In this document: piece by piece, positions 25,717 through 36,565 of the stretch | How positions within the stretch are numbered: position 1 is the stretch's first letter | Layout: every line of letters starts with the position of its first letter | Source: Myxococcales bacterium | Lineage (GTDB): Bacteria; Myxococcota_A; Polyangia; Polyangiales; Polyangiaceae | Direction: 5' to 3' | DNA: 64,000 nucleotides | Assembly: GCA_043747615.1 (NCBI GenBank) | Contig: JAYTOU010000056.1 | Location: 1-64,000 of the forward strand | Notes under the pieces: model-generated | Told to the model about the DNA's origin: nothing | The model's database searches: none | Seen by the model: only the letters and a program-made list of their open reading frames with translations | Translations under genes and position numbers: made by a program

Positions 25717-26775
25717 GTGTCGACAAGCACCCCCACGGGATCCCCGCGCGAAATGAGGGCGCTCGGTTTCCTGGCCCTCGCAGCGATGGCCGCGCTCGTA
25801 AGGATCGCACTTCCCGTTGCCGTCGGCCTATTCCTCGGCGCGCTCCTCGCGTTCACTCTGCAGCCAATTTACGGGTGGTTGCGCGCGCGTCGATGGCGCG
25901 GATCGCCCGCTGCGCTGGTGTGCACGTTGGCTGCGACGACCCTCGTAACGACGGTGGTCGCTGGGCTGGTTGCGCTGTTCATCACGCGAGGGGTCTCGCT
26001 GGTGGGGGCCCTCCCAGGCCTCGTCGGCCGTGACGGGGCGCTATACAGGCTGGCCGAGCGCCATCTGAATAAACTTGCGGCGTTTCACCTCGACCCCGCC
26101 AAGGTCTCGGCCAAGGTCCAAGAGGAAGCGATGGCGCTCGGCGCGCAAGCAGCGGGTCTCACCGCCGAGGTCGCGGGGGCCACGCTCGGGGCACTGCTCG
26201 CGCTCCTCTTCATGGCGCTCGCCATGTACTTCGTGCTTCTTCACTGGAACGAGATGGTCGCGCGCGCCGAGATGATGCTGCCGTTCGAGCCACGCCACAC
26301 GCACGCCCTGTTGGATCAATTTCGCCGTGTCGGACGGCAGGTCTTGCGCGGCACGGTCGTCACCGGTCTCGTGCAAGGGCTGCTCGCGGCCGTCGGCTAC
26401 GCGATCATGGGCGTCCCCGATCCGGCGTTCTTCGGGGCTCTCACGGCGGTCGCGTCTCTCGTCCCTGCCGTGGGAACCCTGCTCGTGTGGGTGCCGATCG
26501 GCTTGTACCTGATGGCGACGGGCCATCCGGGCGCGGGCATCGGCGAAATGATCTACGGTGCGCTCTTCGTGGGAATCGTCCCTGACTACATCATTCGACC
26601 GAGACTGGTCGGAAGCGAAAATGCGGATCCTGCAGTGCTCACATTCGTGTCCCTGTTCGGCGGAGTCGAGGTTTTCGGTCTCATCGGGCTCGTTCTCGGG
26701 CCGGTGATCGTCACCCTGTCCATCGCGATCCTCCGCACGTACGACGCCGAGCTGCATCGCGCTCGCGGGATTTGA
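25717..26775 (+). CDS. AI-2E family transporter
   Basis: LLAFTLQP, VQGLL, SLVPAVGTLLVWVP, DYIIRPRLVG, FGGVEVFGLIGLVLGP. Confidence 0.9.
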   Translation: MSTSTPTGSPREMRALGFLALAAMAALVRIALPVAVGLFLGALLAFTLQPIYGWLRARRWRGSPAALVCTLAATTLVTTVVAGLVALFITRGVSLVGALPGLVGRDGALYRLAERHLNKLAAFHLDPAKVSAKVQEEAMALGAQAAGLTAEVAGATLGALLALLFMALAMYFVLLHWNEMVARAEMMLPFEPRHTHALLDQFRRVGRQVLRGTVVTGLVQGLLAAVGYAIMGVPDPAFFGALTAVASLVPAVGTLLVWVPIGLYLMATGHPGAGIGEMIYGALFVGIVPDYIIRPRLVGSENADPAVLTFVSLFGGVEVFGLIGLVLGPVIVTLSIAILRTYDAELHRARGI

Positions 26776-26785
26776 GCGCGCGCGA

Positions 26786-29047
26786 ATGACGGGCGCGACG
26801 GTGGACGAGGGAGACGCGGCAACGACGGGGGCTGCGGCCGCAACGGTGGCCTCGGTGGCCCTCATTGCCCAGCAGGTGTCCGGAAAGGCCGTGCGCGACG
26901 CACTTTTTCTCTCCAGCTTTTCGGTCGCGGCGCTTCCCGTGGTGATGGTGGCCGCGGCGGTGCTGTCGTTGACCGCGGTGATTTGGTTTTCGGGTGTGAT
27001 GAGCCGCTCTTCGCCGGCGAAGGTCATCCCAACGCTCTTCGCAGTCAGCGCCGTGGCCTTGCTCGGAGAGTGGGCCCTCTGCCTCGCTTCCCCCAAGGCA
27101 GGTGCGATCGCGGTGTATTTGCATACTGCAACCTTTGGCCCGGCGATGATCTCAGGTTTCTGGTCGCTCATCAGCGAGCGATTCGATCCGCACACCGCGA
27201 AGGCCGCCGTTGCTCGGATCACCGGCGGAGCAACCCTGGGGGGCGTCCTTGGGGGCGTCGCCGCGTGGCGCGCAGCCTCGTTCGTCACCGTTCCCACCAT
27301 GATTCCCTTCCTCGCGTTCCTAAGCTTCGTGTGCACGGTCGCGACGGTCTTCGTGCGCAGGACGAGGGCTCGAACGACGGAGCATGGCGGCCCCGACGCT
27401 CCGTCGACCGTTGCCCCCTTCCAACTTCTGCGTGAGACGCCTTATTTGCGGAACCTCGCGTCCTTGGTGACGATGAGCGCGCTCACCTCGGCGCTGCTCG
27501 ATTACGTCTTCAGCTCGCAAGCGGCCGCGACGCACGCGAAGGGCGCCCCGCTCTTGTCGTTCTTTGCGCTCTTCTGGCTCGCCGTTGCCATCCTGACTCT
27601 CGGCCTCCAGGCGTTCTTCGGTCGCGTCGCGCTCGAGAAATGGGGCCTCGCTGTTTCGGTCGGAATTCTTCCAGGCGTGGTGGTCCTGGGAGGCGCCGTT
27701 GGCCTTTCGGTGCCGGGCCTTTGGAGCGCGTCGATCCTTCGCGGGGCAGAGGCCGTGCAGCGAAACTCCCTGTTTCGATCGGCATACGAGCTCCTCTACG
27801 TCCCCGTCTCCGAAGAGAAAAAGCGGGCGACGAAAACGATCATCGACGTCGGTTTCGATCGGCTGGGCACGGTCCTCGGCAGCGGTGTAACGCTTCTTGC
27901 AGTCGTGATCGCGCCTGCGCGCGGGTCGGCGATCCTCCTTGGGCTCGCAGTGGTGGTGGCACTCGCGACGCTGCCGCTCACGCACCGACTGCACCTCGGG
28001 TACGTATCGGTGCTCGCGGAGAGTCTTCGCAAAGGCGCCGATCGCCTGGGTCTTCCCGCGACCGCAGACGAAGGTCAGCGCCTGACTTTCGCAGCCGAGC
28101 TCCGCGAAACGGACGACCGCGAACGCTTGATGGAAGAGATAGAGGCGCTCCAACCCGGCGGCCTCAGCGTGCTCATTGGCGCTCCCGGTGCGCAGCCTGC
28201 GGCGAGCGCGGGTGACAAGAGCCTTGAAAACTCGAAGCGAGCAGCGAAGGGACTGGCGGAATTTCTTTCCGGCGATCCGACGCGGATTCGAGACCAGCTC
28301 CGCTCAGGCCCTCTCGTCCCGGAGCTCGTGCCGATGACGATCTTGCTCCTCGCGCGGCAGGATCTGCACCGCGAGGCGCTGCGTGCGCTCCGGGAAGCGG
28401 CACCGCGAGTCACCGGTCAGCTCATCGACGCTCTCATCGATCCATCGGTTGAATTCGTGGTGCGCCGGCGCGTGCCCCGCGCTCTTTCTGAGTGCGCCAC
28501 GCAGCGTGCGGCCGACGGGTTACTGCTCGGAATGGGAGATGACCGCTTCGAAGTTCGGTACCAGTGCGGTCGCGCGCTTCTTCAGCTCACCGAGCGCGCG
28601 CCCGCGATAACGATCACCCTGGAGCGCGTGCTCGAAAGCATCAAACGGGAGGTCGTCCTCAACAAGGTGCTCGCCAGCCGGCCAGAGGCCGCAGACGAAG
28701 AGGACGACGAGCCGAACACCTTCGTCAGCCGACTCGTAGCCGACAGGATCGATCGCACCGTCGAGCACGTATTTCGGATCCTCTCACTCAGCCTCGAGCG
28801 AGAGCCTCTGCGCATGGCCTTCCGCGCGCTTCATCATCGTGACTCCAGTCATCGCGGGACGGCCCTCGAGTACCTGGATACCGTGCTTCCAAAGGACGTC
28901 CGCGACGCGATCTGGCCGTTCCTCGGTGAAAAGAGTACTCCGATGAAGAGGGCTCGAGTGCCGGAGGACGTGCTGAAAGACTTGCTGCACGCGGCGTCGA
29001 GCGAGTCGCTCACCCCAGTGAGCCAGCGATCGCCCGTCTCGCGCTAG
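26786..29047 (+). CDS. Npt1/Npt2 (TLC)-like MFS transporter fused to HEAT-like repeats
   Basis: KAVRDALFL, FWSLISERFD, ETPYLRNL, RSAYELLYVP...RATKTIID..FDRLG, followed by a helical repeat region. Confidence 0.75.
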   Translation: MTGATVDEGDAATTGAAAATVASVALIAQQVSGKAVRDALFLSSFSVAALPVVMVAAAVLSLTAVIWFSGVMSRSSPAKVIPTLFAVSAVALLGEWALCLASPKAGAIAVYLHTATFGPAMISGFWSLISERFDPHTAKAAVARITGGATLGGVLGGVAAWRAASFVTVPTMIPFLAFLSFVCTVATVFVRRTRARTTEHGGPDAPSTVAPFQLLRETPYLRNLASLVTMSALTSALLDYVFSSQAAATHAKGAPLLSFFALFWLAVAILTLGLQAFFGRVALEKWGLAVSVGILPGVVVLGGAVGLSVPGLWSASILRGAEAVQRNSLFRSAYELLYVPVSEEKKRATKTIIDVGFDRLGTVLGSGVTLLAVVIAPARGSAILLGLAVVVALATLPLTHRLHLGYVSVLAESLRKGADRLGLPATADEGQRLTFAAELRETDDRERLMEEIEALQPGGLSVLIGAPGAQPAASAGDKSLENSKRAAKGLAEFLSGDPTRIRDQLRSGPLVPELVPMTILLLARQDLHREALRALREAAPRVTGQLIDALIDPSVEFVVRRRVPRALSECATQRAADGLLLGMGDDRFEVRYQCGRALLQLTERAPAITITLERVLESIKREVVLNKVLASRPEAADEEDDEPNTFVSRLVADRIDRTVEHVFRILSLSLEREPLRMAFRALHHRDSSHRGTALEYLDTVLPKDVRDAIWPFLGEKSTPMKRARVPEDVLKDLLHAASSESLTPVSQRSPVSR

Positions 29048-30306
29048 GAGTTCCCTTTTCGCTGGAATGCGGGGACGTCCCAGTCTTGATCGAAGTTGGG
29101 GAAGTTCCCGGTGGGAGCCTGGCTGCGGATCGGCAATCGCGCCTGACCGGCTGACTGAGTGCGCGCTTCGTGAGCGCTCTGCGGACGGCGGGCGGAGATG
29201 GCCGGCACGTGCTGCTCGGACTGGGGGGCGCGCTGGCTGCTCGCTCCAGGATAGCTCTCGCGCGCTTGTCGCGAGGGAACGGTCTGCGGAGGCGCCATCG
29301 ACGCGCGAGCCGCGTGCTCCTGGCGTTCTGCGCGATCTGCGAGGTCGAATCCGGTGGCGATGACGGTGACCTTGACGAACTCTCCGAGCGACTCGTCGAT
29401 GCTCGCGCCGAAGATGATGTTCGCGTCTTCGTGCGCCTGCTCTTGCACGAGGGAGGCAGCCTCTTGAATCTCGCGCATCTTGAGATCCGGTCCGCCGACG
29501 ACGTTGATGAGGACGCCGGTGGCACCTTCGACCGAGATGTCGTCGAGGAGAGGAGAAGCAACGGCCATCTCGGCTGCGACCCGAGCGCGGCTCTGACCTT
29601 TGGCGAGCCCGGTGCCCATGAGAGCCCGGCCCATCATCGCCATGACCGTCTTCACGTCTGCGAAGTCGACATTGACGATGCCGTTTTGTGTGATGAGATC
29701 GCTGATTCCCTTCACAGCTTGAAAGAGTACTTCATCGGCTTTGCGGCAGGCATCGATGAACGTGAGATCGTCGTCCCCGAGGAGCAGGAGCTTCTGGTTG
29801 GGGATGGTGATGAGCGTGTCGACTTGCTCGGTGAGCTGAGCGAGGCCGATCTCTGCGCGGCGCGCGCGCTGGCGGCCTTCGAAGAGGAACGGCTTGGTGA
29901 CGACGCCGACGGTGAGGGCGCCTTCTTCACGCGCTAGTTGCGCGATGATCGGAGCCGCACCGGTGCCCGTGCCGCCGCCCATGCCGGCGGTGACGAAGAC
30001 CATGTCTGCGCCCGAGATGAGCTCTTTGATACGCTGAACGTCTTCCAAGGCGGCTTTTCGGCCGCGCTCCGGATCGGCGCCGGCGCCGAGCCCTTTGGTA
30101 ACGCTCGCGCCGATGTTCAGCTTCGTCGGTGCAAGGTTCGAGTTGAGCGCCTGAGCGTCCGTATTCACCACGATGAACTCGACTCCTTCGAGTCCCAAGT
30201 TGATCATCGTGTTGACCGCGTTGCCGCCCGAGCCTCCGCACCCGATCACCTTGATCCGCGCCTGGTATTCTTGCTGCTCGTCCGCAAACTCGATCGAAAA
30301 GCTCAT
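29044..30306 (-). CDS. ftsZ: Cell division protein FtsZ
   Basis: GCGGSGGNAVN, NTDAQAL, GMGGGTGTG, NVDFAD, C-terminal WDVPAFQRK; RBS GGAGG. Confidence 0.98.
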   Translation of the reverse strand: MSFSIEFADEQQEYQARIKVIGCGGSGGNAVNTMINLGLEGVEFIVVNTDAQALNSNLAPTKLNIGASVTKGLGAGADPERGRKAALEDVQRIKELISGADMVFVTAGMGGGTGTGAAPIIAQLAREEGALTVGVVTKPFLFEGRQRARRAEIGLAQLTEQVDTLITIPNQKLLLLGDDDLTFIDACRKADEVLFQAVKGISDLITQNGIVNVDFADVKTVMAMMGRALMGTGLAKGQSRARVAAEMAVASPLLDDISVEGATGVLINVVGGPDLKMREIQEAASLVQEQAHEDANIIFGASIDESLGEFVKVTVIATGFDLADRAERQEHAARASMAPPQTVPSRQARESYPGASSQRAPQSEQHVPAISARRPQSAHEARTQSAGQARLPIRSQAPTGNFPNFDQDWDVPAFQRKGNS

Positions 30307-30359
30307 CGCCGACCTCCCGGCCCGGGGCTTTGCCTCGGGATTACTATTTTTTTCAAACA

Positions 30360-30391
30360 ACAGTTTCCGGGCGCCTCTTCCCGGCAACTGT
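30360..30391. other. Stem-loop in the AT-rich ftsA-ftsZ intergenic region
   Basis: acagtttccggg-cgcctctt-cccggcaactgt (11/12 paired). Confidence 0.6.
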
Positions 30392-30454
30392 CTAAAATCA
30401 AACGCTATTCCTGGATAAAGATCTTCTAAGATTAAGCCAAGTTTCTATGCACGA

Positions 30455-31750
30455 TTAGAATGCTGCTTTAATCCATTCCCAAAATTTCGACTTGTCGGCT
30501 GCCTGAGCGGCGGACGAGTCCTTCGCGAGCTCGACCCGCGACGCGGCTTGGAGCCTCGTGGTGGAAACGGCGGGAGCGGCTTCGCGAGCAGCGGCCTCGG
30601 CCATCTGCTGCGCTCCGTACTTGAGGAGGCCGACCGCGGTCGCGTACTGCGGACCTTGGACGAGCTGGGTAATTCCTTTGACGCCCGTCGGGAACCCTAT
30701 GCGCACCGGCATGCCCAGGATCTCCTCGGCGAACTCCGGCATTCCTTCGAGGAGTACCGCTCCGCCCGTGAGGACGGCGCCTGCCGAGAGCTGCTCGAGC
30801 ATGCCGGTGTCTTCGATGCGCTTGCGGATGACCGCAAAAATCTCCTCGACGCGCGGCTCGATGATGTCCGACAAGACGCGGCGAGCGGTGCGACGCGGGG
30901 GGTGTCCGCCGACGCCGGGGACTTCGATTTCTTCTTCGTCGCCTACCATCCTGCCGAGCGCGCAGCCCGAGAGGCGCTTCAGACGATCCGCTTCCGCCAT
31001 AGGGGTGCGAAGGCCGGCAGCGATGTCGTTGGTGATGTTGTTCCCGCCGACCGGGATCACGCTGGTGTGCGCGATGCCGCCATCGACGTAGAGGAGGATG
31101 TCGGTCGTGCCGCCGCCGATGTCGATGACCGCAGCTCCGATTTCCTTCTCGTCGTCGGAGAGGACGGCCTCGCCGCTGGCCAACGCTTCGAGCACGACGT
31201 CCGCGACGGCGAGGTTGCATCTCTCGGCGCAGCGAATGACGTTCTGGACGCAGGTGGTGGCGGCGGTGACCAGGTTCACTTTCACGCCGAGACGGACGCC
31301 GCTCATCCCGATGGGATCACGGATGCCGTCCTGAACGTCGACCAAGTACTCCCGGGGAAGCACATGGAGAATCTGTCGATCCGCATCGACCGGGATGGCG
31401 CGCGCACCTTCAAGGACGCGGTCCACGTCGACGCGGGTGACCTCCCCGCCCATGATGGCGGCGACGCCGTCGGACACCTGGGAGCGAATGTGGCTTCCGG
31501 CGACGCCGACGTAGACGGTTCGGATCTCGACGCCGGCCATGGTCTGCGCACTCTCGATCGCGTCTTTGATCGATCGGATGGTCCAATCGATGTTCGACAC
31601 GATCCCTTTGCGCAACCCGCGACAGGGAACGGTTCCAACACCAAGAATTGTAATTCCGTCTTCTCCGACCTCGCCAACGACCGCACACACCTTGGTCGTT
31701 CCGATGTCCAAGCCGACGACGATCTCTCCGTGGGAAAACGACGTGCTCAT
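30455..31750 (-). CDS. ftsA: Cell division protein FtsA
   Basis: GLDIGTTKV, IDIGGGTTD, VLTGG, amphipathic tail KFWEWIKAAF. Confidence 0.97.
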   Translation of the reverse strand: MSTSFSHGEIVVGLDIGTTKVCAVVGEVGEDGITILGVGTVPCRGLRKGIVSNIDWTIRSIKDAIESAQTMAGVEIRTVYVGVAGSHIRSQVSDGVAAIMGGEVTRVDVDRVLEGARAIPVDADRQILHVLPREYLVDVQDGIRDPIGMSGVRLGVKVNLVTAATTCVQNVIRCAERCNLAVADVVLEALASGEAVLSDDEKEIGAAVIDIGGGTTDILLYVDGGIAHTSVIPVGGNNITNDIAAGLRTPMAEADRLKRLSGCALGRMVGDEEEIEVPGVGGHPPRRTARRVLSDIIEPRVEEIFAVIRKRIEDTGMLEQLSAGAVLTGGAVLLEGMPEFAEEILGMPVRIGFPTGVKGITQLVQGPQYATAVGLLKYGAQQMAEAAAREAAPAVSTTRLQAASRVELAKDSSAAQAADKSKFWEWIKAAF

Positions 31751-31820
31751 TGCTCCACACCTTCATCATGTACGGAGGATCTGGGCCAAATTATGCGCGA
31801 TTCATTTCTGATCGAAGTCA

Positions 31821-32696
31821 TCAGCGCATCCTCACGACGACGCGTTCCGGACGGCCTTCGTTGTCGAGCATGATGGCGTCGGCCTTCGCGCCGCGGTGGT
31901 CGAGCTCGGTGAGGACGCGGGCTGCTTCCTCCAATTTGCGCCGAAAAGGGGGCTCTCCGAGCACCAAAGAGATGGCGCTCTTGCCCACGACGAGGGTGGT
32001 CGAGCCGTCGTTTCCGAGGTGAATTTCCTGGAGGGGAGCGCGCTGGGCGAGGGGCCCGCGCTCGTAGTCGCTGGCCAGATCGAGAGCGCGGCGAATCGAG
32101 CGGGCGACCCCTTCGCGATCGTCGGCCACGGCGTCGGCGTTGATCCCCGTGATGATCGGCAGGTCGGTGGGGTCTCCCGGCTCGAGACGCTTAAAAATAT
32201 CTCCGTCGCGAGAGGCTAGATAGGTCTCTCCGAGAGCCACGAGGGCGCTCGCTTCGCGCTCCGTTACCTGCACGAGGATGGTTCCCGGCAAGCGGCGTCC
32301 GAGGGTCACGTCGCGCACCCAAGGATCTTTTCCGATGAGCACGCGCGCCTCGTCGAGATCGACGGAGAACACGTTCGCGCCTTTGATGATTTTTCCTTCG
32401 CTGAGGATCGTCTCGGCAGAGCGGAGATGCGCGCCCGCAACCGAGACGTCGGTCACGGCAAAGCGCGGGCTCGTGCTCACGTAATGACGCGCGGCCCAAG
32501 CCACTGTCCACGACACGCCAATGACCAGAGCGACCCCGAACACCGTCCTCGCTGCGGCGACGAACGCGCCTTCTTTCTTCGGCGCTTGCACCGGTGCGTT
32601 CGGATCCGGCTGATCGAGCTGCGGATCGTCGAGCACGTCGCGCGGCGCTCGGGGCTTCGAAATACGGCGATTGGACGGATGTATGTCGCGCGCCAT
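31821..32696 (-). CDS. ftsQ: Cell division protein FtsQ
   Basis: TM helix, POTRA (FAVTDVSVAG...DPWVRDVTLGRRLPGTILVQVTER), position in the dcw cluster. Confidence 0.9.
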   Translation of the reverse strand: MARDIHPSNRRISKPRAPRDVLDDPQLDQPDPNAPVQAPKKEGAFVAAARTVFGVALVIGVSWTVAWAARHYVSTSPRFAVTDVSVAGAHLRSAETILSEGKIIKGANVFSVDLDEARVLIGKDPWVRDVTLGRRLPGTILVQVTEREASALVALGETYLASRDGDIFKRLEPGDPTDLPIITGINADAVADDREGVARSIRRALDLASDYERGPLAQRAPLQEIHLGNDGSTTLVVGKSAISLVLGEPPFRRKLEEAARVLTELDHRGAKADAIMLDNEGRPERVVVRMR

Positions 32697-32697
32697 G

Positions 32698-34110
32698 TCA
32701 GGCTCCTGCCTTCGGTACGGAGAGCGCGGCGTTCAGCTCACGCACACTGGCGTTGATGTCTCCGGCGCCGAGGGCGATCACGAGATCTCCTGGCTCGATG
32801 AGCGACCGGAGCTCCGCGCCGACTTTTTTCTTGTCGGCAACGTAATGCACCGCGTGATGCCCGTGCGCTCGGATCGCGGCGGCGAGGGTCTCTCCGGAGA
32901 TACCGGGAATGGGCGCTTCGCCGGCCGGATAAATCTCAGTGACGATGAGGACATCGGCCTTGTTGAAGGCGCGGGTGAACTCCTCGAAGAGCGACTCGGT
33001 GCGGGTGTAGCGATGGGGCTGAAATGCGACCACGACCCGGCGATCGAATCCTTTTTGTGCGGCATCGAGGGTGGCCTCGACCTCCGCGGGGTGATGCCCG
33101 TAGTCGTCGATCAGCATGACGTCACCGGTCTTACCGTTCTTCTCGAAGTGCGGAGTGCCGACTACCGTGAAGCGCCTCTGCACGCCGTGGAAGGAGGCAA
33201 TGGCCTCGCGGGTGACGTCGAGCGGAATCTCGAGCTCGTCGGCGATGGCGATCACCGCTAGCGCGTTGAGGACGTTGTGCGCCCCCGGCATGCGCACCGT
33301 GAACTCACCGAGGTCGTCTCCGCGGCGGTAGGCCTGGAAGTGTGTCTCGAGCCCGTCGTACCGCGGATGACGCGCGCGGTAGTCGGCCTGCCGAGAGACA
33401 CCGTAGGTCACGTAACGCCGAGAGATTCGGGGAATGATCTCCTGGACGTGGGGATGATCGAGGCAGAGCACGCAGAGCCCGTAGAACGGAACTTGGTTTG
33501 CGAACTGGACGAACGCGTCTTTCACGTTCTCGTGCGTACCGTAGTGATCGAGGTGCTCGGCGTCGATGTTCGTGACCGCCGCGATCGTCGGCGTGAGGCG
33601 CAGGAACGATCCGTCACTCTCGTCGGCTTCGGCCACGAAGAGGTCACCAGCGCCGAGGCGCGCGTTCGAGCCGAGCGCGTTCACTTTTCCGCCCACGACC
33701 ACGGTGGGATCGAGCCCCGCGGCACGCAGGACGGTGGCGACGAGGGAGGTCGTCGTGGTCTTTCCGTGAGATCCGGCGAGGGCCACGCAGTACTTCGTGC
33801 GCATCAGCTCGGCGAGCATCTCCCCTCGGGAAATGCAGGGAATCCCCTGAGCGCGGGCGCGAACCATCTCCGGATTCTCTTTGCTGATCGCCGTCGAGTA
33901 GACGACCACGTCTGCTCCGTCGACGTTCTCGGCGCGGTGCCCCTGCTGCACCCTCACGCCCAGCGTCTCCAAGCGACGCGTCGTGTCGTTCGGCTTGAGA
34001 TCCGAGCCCGACACGTCGAACTCGAGCGTGCGGAGGATCTCGGCGAGGCCGCTCATGCCGATGCCGCCGACGCCGATGAAGTGAACGTGCCTGACGCGCC
34101 CGCGAAACAT
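32698..34110 (-). CDS. murC: UDP-N-acetylmuramate--L-alanine ligase
   Basis: [44 protein letters not shown]. Confidence 0.97.
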   Translation of the reverse strand: MFRGRVRHVHFIGVGGIGMSGLAEILRTLEFDVSGSDLKPNDTTRRLETLGVRVQQGHRAENVDGADVVVYSTAISKENPEMVRARAQGIPCISRGEMLAELMRTKYCVALAGSHGKTTTTSLVATVLRAAGLDPTVVVGGKVNALGSNARLGAGDLFVAEADESDGSFLRLTPTIAAVTNIDAEHLDHYGTHENVKDAFVQFANQVPFYGLCVLCLDHPHVQEIIPRISRRYVTYGVSRQADYRARHPRYDGLETHFQAYRRGDDLGEFTVRMPGAHNVLNALAVIAIADELEIPLDVTREAIASFHGVQRRFTVVGTPHFEKNGKTGDVMLIDDYGHHPAEVEATLDAAQKGFDRRVVVAFQPHRYTRTESLFEEFTRAFNKADVLIVTEIYPAGEAPIPGISGETLAAAIRAHGHHAVHYVADKKKVGAELRSLIEPGDLVIALGAGDINASVRELNAALSVPKAGA

Positions 34111-35264
34111 CAGCTCACCTCCGAAAAAGGGGTGGACGGCGCGTGCCCGTTGGTGCGCGAGGGGCCCTTCGGAGACTGCGCTCCGCATGCAATTCCGGCG
34201 AGTGAAAGCAGGTCTTCGGCGATCACGCGGGCAGCGTCGGGCTTGCCTCGCGCGCGCATCGCTTCTGCCATTTTCTCGCGGCCCGAGCCGTCGCCGAGAA
34301 GACGAACGAGCTCGCTCGCGATGCGCACCGCGTCCGCCGCTTCCTGCCGAACGGATACCGCAGCACCCGCAGTGACGAAGGCCGCCGCGTTGGTCGCCTG
34401 GTGATCATCCGCGGCATGGGGGAACGGTACAAAGAAGGCGGCCCGACCAATGGCAGCGATCTCGGCGAGGGTTCCGGCTCCTGCGCGCGCGACCACGACA
34501 TCGCACTTCGCGATCTCGGTGGCCACGTCCTCCAGAAACGGAACGACGCTGCTCTTGACGACCTTTTCACGAGCGTATGCGTCGCGTACGGGTGCGTCGC
34601 GTTCGCGGCCCGTCTGGTGGAGAACTTCGACGTGGGAGAGTTCCTTGGCGACGAGAGCGATGGCTTCGGGGAGCCGAACATTCAGCGCCTCTGCACCCTG
34701 ACTTCCGCCCATCACGAGGACGCGCGCGGAGCTCGAAGCGCGGTACGGCGACGGCGCGAAGCCTTCTCGCAAGGGAACTCCGGTGATCCGCACGATCTGC
34801 GATCGCAGCGATTTTCCGGCTTCGGGCCACGCAAGGTAGGCGCGCTTGGCGAACGGCGCGAGCCACCGGTTGGCGAGTCCGAGGGTGGCGTTGGGCTCGA
34901 GGATGGCCATCGGAATTCCGAGCGCCGCGGCGGCGAGAGAGATCGGACCAGCCGCGTACCCGCCGACGCTGAGCACCGCGCGCGGACGAAGGCGGCGAAG
35001 GAGCGCCACGGAGGTCAGCGTGGCTCGACTTGCGGTAAGAGCGCCGCGCAACGCTCTCGCCGGCCCTCCCCCTTTCAACGGAAGAACGTCGAGAAGCTCG
35101 AGCGCGTAGCCGCGGGCGGGGATCACCCGGGTCTCCATTCCCCGCGCCGTTCCGACGAAAGTGACTTCGACGTCGGCCGACGCACGCAGAGCGTCCGCCA
35201 CTGCGAGACCCGGAAAGATGTGGCCTCCCGTGCCTCCGCCGGCGATGAGGATCTTGTCGCTCAC
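34110..35264 (-). CDS. murG: Lipid II GlcNAc transferase MurG
   Basis: [39 protein letters not shown]. Confidence 0.97.
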   Translation of the reverse strand: MSDKILIAGGGTGGHIFPGLAVADALRASADVEVTFVGTARGMETRVIPARGYALELLDVLPLKGGGPARALRGALTASRATLTSVALLRRLRPRAVLSVGGYAAGPISLAAAALGIPMAILEPNATLGLANRWLAPFAKRAYLAWPEAGKSLRSQIVRITGVPLREGFAPSPYRASSSARVLVMGGSQGAEALNVRLPEAIALVAKELSHVEVLHQTGRERDAPVRDAYAREKVVKSSVVPFLEDVATEIAKCDVVVARAGAGTLAEIAAIGRAAFFVPFPHAADDHQATNAAAFVTAGAAVSVRQEAADAVRIASELVRLLGDGSGREKMAEAMRARGKPDAARVIAEDLLSLAGIACGAQSPKGPSRTNGHAPSTPFSEVS

Positions 35265-36565
35265 GCCACCACCTCGTCGAGATCGCCCAGCGGCTCCAGC
35301 TCGAGCGAATCCTCGTGCACGTTCGGTGCGGCCGGTGTCGTCTCATTGTCGCGTGCATCGACCGGGCCTTGGCGCGAGATATTCAGCAAGAGGCCCGCAG
35401 CCGCTGCGTTCACCAGGAGCGACGAGCCCCCGAAGCTGACGAACGGAAGGGTCAGACCCTTCGTCGGCAAGATCGCGAGGGCGACGGCAAGATTCACGAG
35501 GGCCTGCACGCCGAACATCGTGGCGATCCCGAACGCGAGGTAGCTGCCGTAGTCGTCCGGCGCGCGCAGGGCCGCACGAACGCCGCGGACCACGAGAATC
35601 AGGTACGCCGCGCACAGCGCGAGGATCCCGATGAAGCCGAGCTCCTCACCGATGATCGCCGCCACGAAGTCCGTGTGCGCTTCTGGCAAGTAGAGGGTTT
35701 GGAGTCCTTTCCCGAGGCCGAGGCCGAAGGGGCCGCCGGAGCCGAAAGACATCACCGATTGGTACGACTGGTAGGCGATGTCCTGCTTGTGCTGCTCCAT
35801 GTTCAGCCACGCGAGGTAGCGCTCGTAGCGGTAGCCGCTGAAGCGAATGGCGGCGACGCCGAAGGCTGCACCGAGAATGGACGCACCGAGGATGTACCCG
35901 AGCTTTGCGCCAGCCACGAACAGGAGCGTGAACGTGAGCAGCAGAAGAACGATGGCGCTCCCAAAATCAGGCTGTTTCATGCACAAAAACATGAAGAGTC
36001 CGGCCACAAGGAGGTGGGGCAAGAAGCCGACGGTGAAGGTCTTCACCCGCTCTGCTTTCTTTGCAAGCGAGTAGGCGAGCCACGACACGAGGGCGAGCTT
36101 CGCCATCTCCGCGGGCTGAATGTGTACCGGGCCGACCGACAGCCAGCGCGTGGCGCCGCCGCCCGAGTGACCGAAGCCGATGACGCACATCGTGAGAAGG
36201 AGGCCGACGCCGATGAGCACTGGGTAGGTGAGCTTGTAGAGGCGGTGGTAGTCGACGCGGCTGACCACGTAGAGCGCGACGAGGGAGGCGACGGCGTAGG
36301 CCGCCTGCTTCTTCAAGAAATATTGGGGGTCGTGGTTCTGCACCGTCGCTTGCACGGCGGACGCGCTGTAGACCATCACCACGCCGAAACCGATGAGGGC
36401 GATGATCACCGCGGCAAGCATCGGATCCACGGGGGCGGCTGCTTTTACGGCATTCGGGCGGGCATCGAGCGGAGCGGCCAGCTGCACGTCGATACGCGTT
36501 TTTTTCTTGGTGTTCGCGCCGGTCACGAGGCGCGACGCACTAGGGGGCGGGATGCTCGGTCTCAC
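35261..36565 (-). CDS. ftsW: Peptidoglycan polymerase FtsW
   Basis: GATRWL, QPAEMAKL, QPDFG, LPEAHTDF, PTKGLTLPFVSFGGSS. GTG start overlaps the murD stop. Confidence 0.95.
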   Translation of the reverse strand: MRPSIPPPSASRLVTGANTKKKTRIDVQLAAPLDARPNAVKAAAPVDPMLAAVIIALIGFGVVMVYSASAVQATVQNHDPQYFLKKQAAYAVASLVALYVVSRVDYHRLYKLTYPVLIGVGLLLTMCVIGFGHSGGGATRWLSVGPVHIQPAEMAKLALVSWLAYSLAKKAERVKTFTVGFLPHLLVAGLFMFLCMKQPDFGSAIVLLLLTFTLLFVAGAKLGYILGASILGAAFGVAAIRFSGYRYERYLAWLNMEQHKQDIAYQSYQSVMSFGSGGPFGLGLGKGLQTLYLPEAHTDFVAAIIGEELGFIGILALCAAYLILVVRGVRAALRAPDDYGSYLAFGIATMFGVQALVNLAVALAILPTKGLTLPFVSFGGSSLLVNAAAAGLLLNISRQGPVDARDNETTPAAPNVHEDSLELEPLGDLDEVVA

